This document shows positions 26,163-36,700 of a DNA stretch of 64,000 nucleotides, piece after piece. Where the stretch lies: contig JBHGNT010000008.1 in assembly GCA_043228905.1 (NCBI GenBank), positions 20,770,001-20,834,000 of the forward strand. The letters are read 5' to 3'. Both the position numbers and the translations under genes were made by a program. The stretch's first letter is position 1. Each line of letters starts with the position of its first letter. The notes under the pieces were generated by a model. The model was not told where the DNA came from and did no database searches. It saw only the letters and a program-made list of their open reading frames with translations. This DNA comes from Azolla caroliniana. Lineage: Eukaryota; Plantae; Polypodiophyta.

Positions 26163-28358
26163 ATGCTCCAACACTCCGGACTGTCGGATGGCTTCTGGGC
26201 AGAGGCTCTACTCACGGCAGTACACATAATCAATATGTCGCCAAGTAGACCTCTAGGACTTCAAATTCCTCAGGAACTATGGATCGGCAGTAAGCCGAAT
26301 TACGACAAGCTGAGGATCTTCGGATGCGAGGCGTACGCCCTTATTCCGAAAGATGATCGCCGAAAACTTGCACCTCGGTCCAGGAAATGCATTTTCCTTG
26401 GATATGGATCCGACGGCGAAATGGGATACCGACTCTGGGACCCCGAACGCAGACAAATCGTTCGAAGTTCGGACGTTGTGTTCAACGAGTCGGCTATGAA
26501 TCCATCAGTCGAAAAACCGATCGAAGTCCGAAGGGTAACATTTTCCGATGTGCCGACCCTTCAAGAAGGCCCCGCTCTCAACACACGGTCAGCTTCACGG
26601 GTAGCTGAACCTTACACTACCGACTCGGACAACCCCGACTCGGCACAGCAGAACAATCCGCTTTCGGACCATCCGACCTTGATACCCGATGCGACCAGTC
26701 CAATCTTACCTCGCCGATCCGAGAGACTGTCGCAACCTCCGGAGAGGTATTCTCCTGGAATTTTCTTCACCGACGCCGGCGAACCGACGTCTTACGAAGA
26801 AGCATCGACATCTGTCGATTCCACCACCTGGCATCTGGCGATGGAGTCGGAAATGCACTCCATTCGGGCAAACAAGACTTGGGATCTGGTTGAATTACCT
26901 AGGAACCGACGTGCTCTTCCTTGCAAGTGGGTTTATCGACTAAAAGAGACGTCTGATTCGACCACCCCAAAGTACAAGGCCAGATTAGTTGCGAAGGGCT
27001 TCCGACAAGAATATGGCGTCGACTTCGACGAGATTTTTTCACCAGTGGTGAAAATGACAACCCTCCGTTTTCTACTCGGCGTAGTGGCAGCCGACAACTT
27101 GGAGCTGATTCAGCTAGATGTCAAAACAGCATTCCTCCATGGTGATCTTGAAGAGGAAATTTATATGGAGCAGCCAAAAGGCTTCGTGGCAACTGGCCAA
27201 GCACATCTAGTCTGCCGACTCAGGAAGAGTCTATACGGCCTCAAACAGGCACCGCGACAATGGTACAAGAAGTTCGACGACTTCATCCAATCGATCGGCT
27301 TCTCAAAAAGCGATGAGGACCATTGTCTCTTTACCAACATAGCTCAAGATGGATCACCCATCTTCCTCATCATTTACGTGGACGACATGCTAATTTCTGG
27401 ACGCCACGCGGGCGAACTTGCCGATCTCATTCGGCAACTGCGGTTGAAGTTTGCCATGAAGGACCTCGGTCCGGCACGACACATCCTTGGCATGAAGATT
27501 AGTCGGCATCGCGATAAACGACATCTTTTTTTGTCTCAGACCGACTATACCCAACGTGTCTTAGAACGCTTCAACATGCAATCAGCCAAATCTGCTTCAA
27601 CCCCGCTCCCCATGAATCTTCGGCTCTCTCAGCGAGACTGCCCGACATCCGGTCCGGAGGGGGAAGATATGAAGTCGGTACCGTATGCACCGGCAGTCGG
27701 CTCCCTTATGTACCTGATGGTCGCGACACGGCCTGATATTTCTCACGCCGTAGGAGTCGTTAGCAGATTTATGCACAATCCTGGCCGATCGCATTGGAAC
27801 GCAGTCAAGCATGTGTTCAGATATCTGGCTGGCACAAAAGACCACGGCATTCTTTTCGGTCCGAACCGAACCTCAGGCGTAGTCGGTTACACCGACTCGG
27901 ACTTCGCCGGCTGTATAGACAGTCGGAAATCAACAACCGGATACTGCTTCAAATTCGGCAATGGAGCAATCTCGTGGAAGTCGAAACTTCAGGAGTGCAC
28001 AACGACCTCAACGACCGAAGCAGAATATGTAGCTGCGTCCGACGCAGCAAAAGAAGCTTTGTGGCTCGGTCGGCTGGCGCACACGTTTCGACAAGTCGAC
28101 CATGACTCGGCTCCAGTTGTCTACAGCGACAGTCAAGGTGCTGTTGCCTTGTCGAAAAATCCGGTTCACCACAACGCCTCCAAACATATCGACGTTCGAT
28201 ATCACTTCGTTCGGGACTGCGTCATTTCAGGGAAAATCGGTCTAGAGAAAATATCCACAACCGACAATGTCGCAGATGGAATGACCAAGTGTCTTTCGGC
28301 AGACCGTTTTCGGTCTCTTCGGCATCAGATGGGCGTAACGACAAACCAGTCCGGTTAG
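26163..28358 (+). CDS. Copia E integrase C-terminus, reverse transcriptase and RNase H
   Basis: FWAEA, KCIFLGY, YKARLVAKGF, QLDVKTAFLHG, YVDD, YTDSD, KHIDVRYHFVRD. Open 731-aa frame. Confidence 0.93.
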   Translation: MLQHSGLSDGFWAEALLTAVHIINMSPSRPLGLQIPQELWIGSKPNYDKLRIFGCEAYALIPKDDRRKLAPRSRKCIFLGYGSDGEMGYRLWDPERRQIVRSSDVVFNESAMNPSVEKPIEVRRVTFSDVPTLQEGPALNTRSASRVAEPYTTDSDNPDSAQQNNPLSDHPTLIPDATSPILPRRSERLSQPPERYSPGIFFTDAGEPTSYEEASTSVDSTTWHLAMESEMHSIRANKTWDLVELPRNRRALPCKWVYRLKETSDSTTPKYKARLVAKGFRQEYGVDFDEIFSPVVKMTTLRFLLGVVAADNLELIQLDVKTAFLHGDLEEEIYMEQPKGFVATGQAHLVCRLRKSLYGLKQAPRQWYKKFDDFIQSIGFSKSDEDHCLFTNIAQDGSPIFLIIYVDDMLISGRHAGELADLIRQLRLKFAMKDLGPARHILGMKISRHRDKRHLFLSQTDYTQRVLERFNMQSAKSASTPLPMNLRLSQRDCPTSGPEGEDMKSVPYAPAVGSLMYLMVATRPDISHAVGVVSRFMHNPGRSHWNAVKHVFRYLAGTKDHGILFGPNRTSGVVGYTDSDFAGCIDSRKSTTGYCFKFGNGAISWKSKLQECTTTSTTEAEYVAASDAAKEALWLGRLAHTFRQVDHDSAPVVYSDSQGAVALSKNPVHHNASKHIDVRYHFVRDCVISGKIGLEKISTTDNVADGMTKCLSADRFRSLRHQMGVTTNQSG

Positions 28359-31300
28359 AGCCGGACACAGAGCAGGATGGTTCCCGACAACCGACATCAG
28401 TTCCTTAATGATCGGCTTCAACTGTTCCGACCCGACCAGTTCGGTCTTCTGCCTTCGGACCCTGCCGACTCGAACAAAGCTGATATGTCCGAGAACCTAA
28501 GTCTATACCTGTAATCTTAGATAACCCATGTATACGCCCATTACGGGGGAGTGTCGAATACATGTGTATAATGGACGTATTCACACTATCCCGTTTTGGC
28601 CATTTATGTAATTAGCATAAAGGGTAGTTGCCCTAAGTCGGTCACTATATATAGTGACCTTGTAACCTTTTTGTAAGGTTGGGTGTTGTATTGTTGCTTT
28701 ATGGAATAAGAAAGTCTTTTGTGCCTCTCTGTCTCTCTGTCTCTCTCTCTCTCTCTGTGCAACGACCTACAAACTGTCATACGCAGGTATTCAGAACACA
28801 ATCAAATGCTACTTGATCTTCCGCACAGACGACTTTGTCTCCAACAGTACCGACTGTGGAATTTGCCACTCTAGCACAGTTTGGAATTTAGCTGGATCCA
28901 TGGAGATGCCCTTTGATGAGATGACATAGCCTAGAAATTCCACTTGCTTGCAGTCAAAGCTACATTTTTCTAGCTTGGCATAAAGACCATTCTCACTGAG
29001 TCGTTTTAGTACTAATGGTACATGAGAATCGTGCTCTTCAAATAAATCAATAGATCATCCAGATAGATGATCAAACAAATATCCAAGAGGTCTTTGAATA
29101 TATCATTTTCCATGTGTTGGAAGATTGCGGGTGCATTGGTTAGACCGAACGACATAACAGTATATTCAAAATGCCCATACCGCGTGCGAAAGGCGGTCTT
29201 CCATTCATCTCCCAGTCGGATCCACATGAGGTTATACGATCCTCGTAGATCGATCTTTGTAAAAAACTTGGCACCATTAACTTGCTCTAAAAGGCTTGAT
29301 ATAAGAGGAAGTGCATACCTATTCCAGATGGTGACTTTATTCAAGCCGCGGTAATCAATGATGAGACGAAGTGAGCCATCTTTCTTCTTGACAAAGAAGA
29401 TGGGTGCACCGACCGGAGATTTCGAATGATGAATAAACCCGCTTGCCAAGTTCTCCTCTATGTAGGCTCGAAGAACTTCTAACTCGGTGGGTGACAAGTT
29501 GTAAATTGGTCCCCATGGTGGCTCTGTTCCTGGTTGTAAATTGATGGGACAATCATAGGGACGATGATGAGGAAGAGTACTGGCTTTTACCTTGTCAAAT
29601 ACATCGGCATAAGGATGATATTTTTCCGGAAGTTGCACTAGGGATTCCTTCTTAATAGTGCTGGAAGGATGTCTTGATATTGCAAATAGGAACATTGCCT
29701 CCTTGTGTCCTTCTTCGCCTAATTGATGGAGTGAAATGGTCGAAACTCGATGAGTAGATTCTTGGGGTTGTCAATAATGGACTTCTCTTGTTCTCCAATA
29801 TATGTCTAGATTATATAATTCAAACCAAGGTAATCCCAGGACAATGGGATCCTCTGGACTACTAATTATATTAAATGATACTACACACACAAAACTACCT
29901 AGGACAACTTGAATGGGTTCTGACTCTTCTACAATATTCCTGGAAGCAATGGGATGACCATCAATGACTACTACAGATGTGGGGCAAGGAAGTTTTCTTA
30001 AGGATATCTGAGAAGCTTGGGCAAAATTTCAATCCATGAAACAGGAATTAGCTCCGGAATCTAGAAGTGCTAGGACGTGTACTAGGGGAGTACTTTTAGT
30101 ACTAACCATGACTTGGGCTAGGAACACATTGCTAACTTGCTTGGAGGGAATGGAACCACTAATGGGCTGTATAGATCTAGGGCTGTCCAACCAAACAACT
30201 CCTATTTTGGCTGGACTCAATCGTTTAACTGTTCATCTAATTGACTAAGGATTTCAAATTTGTTTGAGATACTTGGGCTATTAGTACTATTAATACTATC
30301 AAACACTCTATTAGTATTATTAATACTATCAGATACTCCTAAGGGAAGAATTGAATCGGGTTTAGTACAGGCTACGATTTGATTTACCTGTCTTCTTGGC
30401 CTATGGGGACAATTGATTGCGATATGTCTTGGTCCACCGCAATAAAGACATAATCAATTTGCAGGTCGTCGTTGTTTTTCTTCTTCCGATAACGGGCCAC
30501 GTCGACGCATAGTGTCGATCTCCATCGGTGTCAGAGTATTTGCTTGAGGTACGTCGCGTGCAAATGGTTTAGCCAGGACTGAGGCGTAAGTTGGCTCCAG
30601 CCTAGAGCACGGTATTTGTAATTGACGTTCTGAATGCCATTCGAAAAGGCGGTTGTCGCATCGGACCGCTCGACTAATTGCCTCCGTAAGAGACTTTGGT
30701 TCTTCGGGGAAGGTTAAAAGTAAATCTTTGACATCGTTTCGTAGGCCGTAGCGAAACTGCTCCATTAGTGCCTGGTCATCCCAGGGGATATCTGAGGCAA
30801 GTAGACGGAAATCTGCCGCGTAGGCAGAGGCTGGATGATCGCCTTGACGTAATCATCGGATTTTGTTGATCACCGTCCGGATGCTGTCGGTATCTCCAAA
30901 GCAGGCTTTAAACTCACTAATAAAGTCTTCAAAGTTATTAAACAAGGGTGATTGTTTTTCTAGAAGCGGAGCGAACCATGCCAAGGCTAAGCCGCTAAGC
31001 AATGTGCCTATTAGGCCGACTCGGGATGGATCAGTGGGGTATCGGGAAGGATGCATTTGGATGACGAAGCGTACTTGATTAAGGAATCCTCTGAATTGTG
31101 ATTGTGTTCCATCAAATTTCACAGGAAGTCCAATCTTGGGCTCTTTATGAAATCCTTGGGGACTTGATCCTTGTTGTTGCAACGCTGCTTCGAGTTGTTG
31201 TACCCATAACGCTAACCCCTCATGCTGTTGCTACGTTTGTTTGTTTTTCGAGAGTGATTTGTTGTAGATCCCCTATCAACCGTTGGTTTTCTTGTTCCAA

Positions 31301-31525
31301 GGCAACAAAATTTTCTTTTAGACACTATAGCTCGAAGAAAACGGATTGATATTCTTGGGCGCTAACAATAGCCATAGTATAGGAAAAAGGGTAGGAGGAT
31401 GAGAAAAAACGACAAGTAGACTTGAGGGAAAATTGGTTCAAATTGTTAGGAATAGTACTAAAACAGAGAGAGAATTAGTACTGGAAAAGGGAAGTACTAT
31501 TAGTACTAAGAGGACGGGACTGCGT

Positions 31526-32179
31526 TGTTGTAGTGTGAATCACACACTACGTGAAATATGTAAAACACTATATCCGATTTAGAGTACGTATAATAAATAA
31601 AAATAAAATATTAAAAATATTTATTACGTGCATAGGGCAAGATTCGAGCCCTATACCTCCACGTAGACAAACCCCAACCTTACCACTATACTAGCATACT
31701 ATGAATTGTAAAGTTATACTAAACTTTATCCCATGTAAATATTCTAGATATGCATGGTACAAAAAGTTATTTATGCAAGCACACTCGAGTTAAAAGAAAA
31801 GATGGGATAGAAAGCTAATCATGCACATGCAGTGTGAATGAAAACTAAAGTTAGGAAAAGCATGATGCTTGCATGTGATAAACTTAGACTCTTCTAACAC
31901 TATATAAGGAAGAGAGAAAGATGTATAGGGTTGTTGATTTTCTTTAGAAGGATTGATTAATACAAAATATTCGTGGGATTCATGATTTTACCATCTAATT
32001 CTCTCTTACAATCTAATTGCCCATTAATACATTATACTCGTGGGATTCACGAGTTTCATATCTTCTTCTTACAATCTCTTCCTAACTAACATTATCTCAT
32101 ATTCTTCTTTCTCCTAGTCCAAAACCCTAGTGGTTCCCACCCAACTCACGCAAACGATCCGGCGCCGAAAGGCACAACA
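31526..32179. mobile_element. Solo LTR (different family) inserted in the G2 5' LTR
   Basis: TGTTGT...ACAACA termini. Flanked by GCGT/ACGT, an imperfect 4-bp TSD. The G2 LTR sequence resumes exactly across it when compared with 20812-21256. Confidence 0.7.
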
Positions 32180-32404
32180 ACGTAAGACTCCCGAGAGAGA
32201 AAGAGAGAAGAGGAGAGAGAGAGATAACGAGGATGAGAGAGAGAGAGAGAGATGATGATAACAGAGGATATATTATGTGAAGAATAAGTACAAAAGGGCT
32301 ATGAGGCTTAAGACTGGCATTGAACCAATTTGGTTCAAAATAATGCCTAGTGTCTTCTTTTATAGTGTTCTCAGGAGTAATCCTATACATTAATTTCCTA
32401 TACA

Positions 32405-33792
32405 TTAGTTTGCCATAATTTTAAATTCCCACAGTACCCCTATCTTCATTTTCGCCATATTACCCTCTCACCCCTATATTTTTCATCATTTTAGCTCTCT
32501 ATCCCTCCCTCTACCTTTCAAAATTACCACCCCTACCCTCACCTATGAAAATACCCTCCTAAACCCCCCCTCCGTTTCATATTTTTATCTCTAGCCCTCC
32601 CCTCATCTAAACCAACACTTTACCCCTACCCCTCATCTCTCTTAAATCTCTAACTTTCCCCCTCTCTTACTTTCTAACCCCACATGTATGCCCACATCAC
32701 CACTACCTCTTCCCTATCTTTTTAACCCCACACGTGTGCCCACATCACCACTCCCTTTCCCCTATCTTTTAAATTTTACCACCCCACACGTGTGCCCACA
32801 TCACCACTCCCTTTTCCCTATCTTACCTCCCCTTCCTTCAACATGGGCCCTTTCCCCTCTCTCTTACTTTCTCCCTACACTCTTTCCCATACCCTCTCAC
32901 TCCTTCCCTCTTACCATTCCCATTCCCATTCCCCTTTTCCCAATCCTTAAAAAACCTTAAACCTTACATCCCACTACCTCTCCTTCCTTAATGTGCACAT
33001 ATGCACATAACTACCCCCCACTCCCAAATTTGATCCCACTCCCTCACTCTACCCCTCTCCTAAAATCCTCTATAAACCCCCTAACCCCCTAACCCCCTCC
33101 CTCATCCTCATGGTCTTATGTTGGCATTGATGAGCCCTTCATGGGCGAAACTAGTTTGCCATAAGACCATACCCTAACACCCCCAAACCCCATGTAATTT
33201 TTGCCCAATGATAATTACATGTTTTACTTATGTTTCTCTCTCTCTCTCTCTCTCTCCCTTTTAATTAGTATGTTAATCCCCTCGTCTCCCCTACCCCTCT
33301 TTTTAATGTATAACTAGGTTTTTAAACTCGTTTTTATTCTTAATCTTGGACATAATTATGTTTTAATGTTTTAATCTCTCTCTCTCCCCCTCTCTCACCC
33401 ACTACTCTCCTTTTACCTTATTTTAGGTTTATGTTTCTAGTTTTATGATTACGTTTCTAGTTTTTTATATTTAGGGTTAGTTTATGTGTTAATTGTTTTC
33501 ATTCTTGTTTATGTTCAGCCTTAGCATGGTAACCCTCTCCCCTCTCAAATTTTTAACTATGTTCTTTACTCCCGTTTTTTCATTATGTTCTTTGATCTCG
33601 TTTTTTTAATTTTAATTTTAATCCTAAACTTAATCTCCTATCCCCACTCCCGCCTTCCTCCTCTACACCAAGCACTTTCACGATTCGGGTGCGCTCTAAT
33701 CGACCTTGGTGTTCCTCCTCTCCGACATCTTCTCCAACCTCTACCCACCGATGACCCCCCATTTCGCACTCCTTGTTCCGACCGCAAGGTTT
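32405..33792 (+). mobile_element. Non-coding, C/T-rich, hammerhead-bearing insert; probable 3' UTR fragment of an EN-minus Penelope-like element or a retrozyme-like derivative
   Basis: Absent from the sister LTR. Strongly G-poor on the + strand, like the PLE sense strand at 57.8-62.4 kb. Contains a hammerhead at 33110-33170 and short ccccacacgtgtgcccacatcaccact repeats. Confidence 0.65.
33110..33170 (+). ncRNA. Minimal type I hammerhead ribozyme with a C3->U core variant
   Basis: ATGGTCTTAT-gtt-GGCA TTGATGA GCCC ttcat GGGC GAAAC TA GTT TGCC-ATAAGACCAT. Stems I and II pair perfectly; stem III is short and palindromic. Confidence 0.75.
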
Positions 33793-36700
33793 ATAATGAT
33801 AATAGAGGATATATTATGTGAAGAATAAGTACAAAAGGTCTATGAGGCTTAAGACTGGCGTTGAACCAATTTGGTTCAAAATAATGCCTAGTGCCTTCTT
33901 TTATAGTGTTCTCAGGAGTAATCCTGAAGCTTCTAGAATGTTCCAGATAAATCTGGAATATACATTAATTTTCTATAATAAAATTTAAATGAAAATAATA
34001 TCCTACGTATTACAATAGATGGTATAGTCGTCAAGAGCTCAACCCATATAACATAAGGTCATGGGTTCGAGTCTTGCCATATTATAACATTGACGGTTAG
34101 GGTCTTTCTGTATTAATGGAAAAATTAATGATGTCACTTTTGGCCTTGATCTACCTCCGCAACTACGGATACATCTAGTATTTCATAGTTTTCTTCTAGA
34201 ACCCTATCATGACAACACTATTCCCAATTGTATTACACCACCTCCACCCCCGATCGAACTTGAAGATGGACATGAGTATGAAGTTGTTGTGATCCTCGAT
34301 TCTAAGATTGTTTGCAACAAGCGCTACTATTTGGTTGATTGTCTAGGCTATAGTCCCAGCGAACGTACTTGGGAACCAATAGAGAATGTGGCCAATGCTC
34401 GAGCTTTTCTTGAAGACTTCCATCGTCAATATCTAGAAAACCTAGGTCCTCAATCAAAGATGACTCATAACACTCATCATTTAAAAGGGGGGATAGTGTC
34501 ATGTTATGGCTTCAACTTGTCTCCGATCTTCAGACCCTTCACGACATCGGACCACGTCCGTGTCTTGGTCTTCTTAGCCTTCTTGGCTTTACCTCCCCCT
34601 TTTTCGGTTGGCTCTGGCTTCAGCTCTTTCTTTCAACCGCTCCCCCTATACGTGGCTAGACTTTGCTTAGCCGGTCTTCCTTCATCTATCCACACGTCCT
34701 CAACTTCTCCAGCTGATCCGGACGTTCCAACTTCTCCAATCGTGCCGAAATCGAATTCTTCATCCAATTCAGGTTTTCAGACTTTGCCTCTCTCCTTTTC
34801 TTTTTCAGTCCTCCCCCTCAAGTTCGGCATGTCGAGATGCTATAAGCCAAGCATACTCGAAAAATGTTGCAACTTGTCAAGGCCACGAGGTTTGGTGAAG
34901 ATATCGGCAACCTGCCGGTCAGTTGGAACATACACAAGTTCGACTTCTCCGGAGAGGACTCACTCATGGACAAAATGATAGTGCACCTCGATGTGCTTTG
35001 TCCGAGTGTGGAAGACACGGTTCTTTGCTAATTGGATGCTGCTGAGGTTGTCACAATATATAACTGTCAGCTCAGACACCTCTACAAGTAGATCCTTCAA
35101 TAGCCTTTTTAGCCAAATGACTTCGCACGTAGTGACAACCACCCCTCAATACTATTCTATCTTCGCCATATACGCATAATGATGCGCCATATACTTGTTG
35201 TACCCATACCAAATTACAGGATTCTTTTGGCAAGTGGATCGGCGCAATCCTTGGTTCGCCGATTTCTTGGCCCTCTCAGCTGATTTCGACCTCTTTCGCG
35301 GAGGTCCCTCTTTGCTTCTAACCGTGTCAGATTTGCTTTGATCCGATATTTCGGTCTCTGTGCCATACTCCGGCATCTTCATCTTCCCCTTCACTTTGCA
35401 TGTGAACCGTCTCCTCGGTTCCTTCCGTGGGGAGAGCATGACTGAGTCTTTGTTACTTGATGGCTCATCATAGTACTGGTCGTTCCAACTCAGTCGCTCA
35501 TTCGGCCCACTTAGCCGAAATGAAATTGGGCTCTCCTCCAGAGCTCCGATTACCTCCTCATTGAGGGGCAACTCAGCCTCACTAGCCTCATCTTTAGAAT
35601 TCGGAATGGAGTGGATGGGGGTAGGAGGTGAAGGCAAGTATCACGAAGCCGACTCGTTGAAAACGACATCTTGACTTACTCGGACCTCCTTCGTTCGGGG
35701 GTTATAACACGTATAACCCGTTTGTTCATTCGAGTAGCCGACCAAGATACACTTCTTAGCTTTCGCATCTAGCTTCCTCCTCTTCTCCTTCGGCACATGC
35801 ACATATGCAATGCTACCAAAAACCCTCAAGTGTACCAATTTCAGCTTGCTCACAAAGTATAGCTCGTGTGGCGACAGTCTTCCATTTGCAGAAGACTGAT
35901 TCTGCAGGTATACAACCGTCCTAATGGCTTCGGCCGAATAAAACTTCGGGATATGCTTCTCTTCAAGCATTGCCCTGGCCGCTTCTTCGATCATCCGCTT
36001 CTTCGTCTCGATCACACCGTTCTACTCCGGTGTGTATCTACAAGATAATTCTTGTTGAATTCCCTCCTTCTACAGATAGCTAGAGAACTGGTCGGAAAAG
36101 TACTCCTTTCCGCCATCGGTCCTGACACTTTTGATCTTCCAGCCTATCTCCCATTCGGGAAGGCTCTTCACCTTTAAGAAGCAGAAGACGACTTCCCTTT
36201 TCTTCTCGATTAAGCATGCCCAAGTATGCCAAGTGAAGTCATCGATGAAGGTTACAAAGTAATGACTTCCATCGAGACTCACATTCTGTGTTGGTCCCCA
36301 TACATCCGAATGGATTAAATCGAGCTTGTTTCAGCTCTGATTTTGTAAAAGAATACGTGTGCGGAAGCATATGCGTAAGACATTGAGTACACGGTTCAGA
36401 AGTACGATAGTTTGGTAAAACATAGAAATCACAGAGAAGGAGAGGGAGATACACAGAGAGAGAGAGAGCAGAAACGAAACTATATTCAAAAATAATTCTC
36501 TATAGGCTCTTTGTACATTCTTCGTGCTCAGTGAGCACCTTTTTATATAAGCCCTGACTATTGGGCTGACACAAGTACTTACAGGTACTTATAGTACCTA
36601 ACCGCTCATAAATGAGCATCCTACACTTAGCCCCAAAATTATTCCTTACGAGGAATAACATTCCAATGGCCTCTTGGTTTACATACCACTACGACCATAT

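Larger units (their letters stand above)
23456..28846 (+). mobile_element. Ty1/Copia LTR retrotransposon E, very recent insertion into the G2 RT
   Basis: LTRs 23456-23754 and 28552-28846 look identical except for CT-repeat length. TSD GTACC (23451-23455 and 28847-28851). PBS TGGTATCAGAGCC at 23757-23769. PPT GGGGGAG at 28545-28551. Confidence 0.97.
21249..31374 (-). pseudogene. G2 gag-pol (gag ~30218-31374, PR/RT 28847-30220, RNaseH-integrase-chromodomain 21249-23455), split by Copia E
   Basis: LLDSGA protease, YLDD RT, GHFG/CDxC-type zinc finger, DxG..F and YHPQTDGQAER integrase, GPF motif, chromodomain EYEV...YLGDWLGY...TWEP. Several stops and frameshifts. Confidence 0.9.
20812..34089 (-). 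mobile_element. Gypsy/chromovirus element G2 nested in the G1 integrase
   Basis: TSD TTGAC (20807-20811 and 34090-34094). 3' LTR 20812-21256. 5' LTR 31444-34089 is expanded by two insertions. PPT 21257-21269. Confidence 0.93.
16125..34510 (+). mobile_element. Gypsy/chromovirus element G1 (oldest copy), interrupted by G2; 5' LTR disrupted by Copia A, 3' LTR truncated
   Basis: LTR remnant 16125-16499 (a TGTC start may survive at 10632). Degenerate gag-PR-RT-RH-INT 16580-20811 resumes at 34095 with a chromodomain (YYLVDCLGYSPSERTWEP). PPT at 34483-34496, then only ~14 bp of 3' LTR. Confidence 0.85.
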
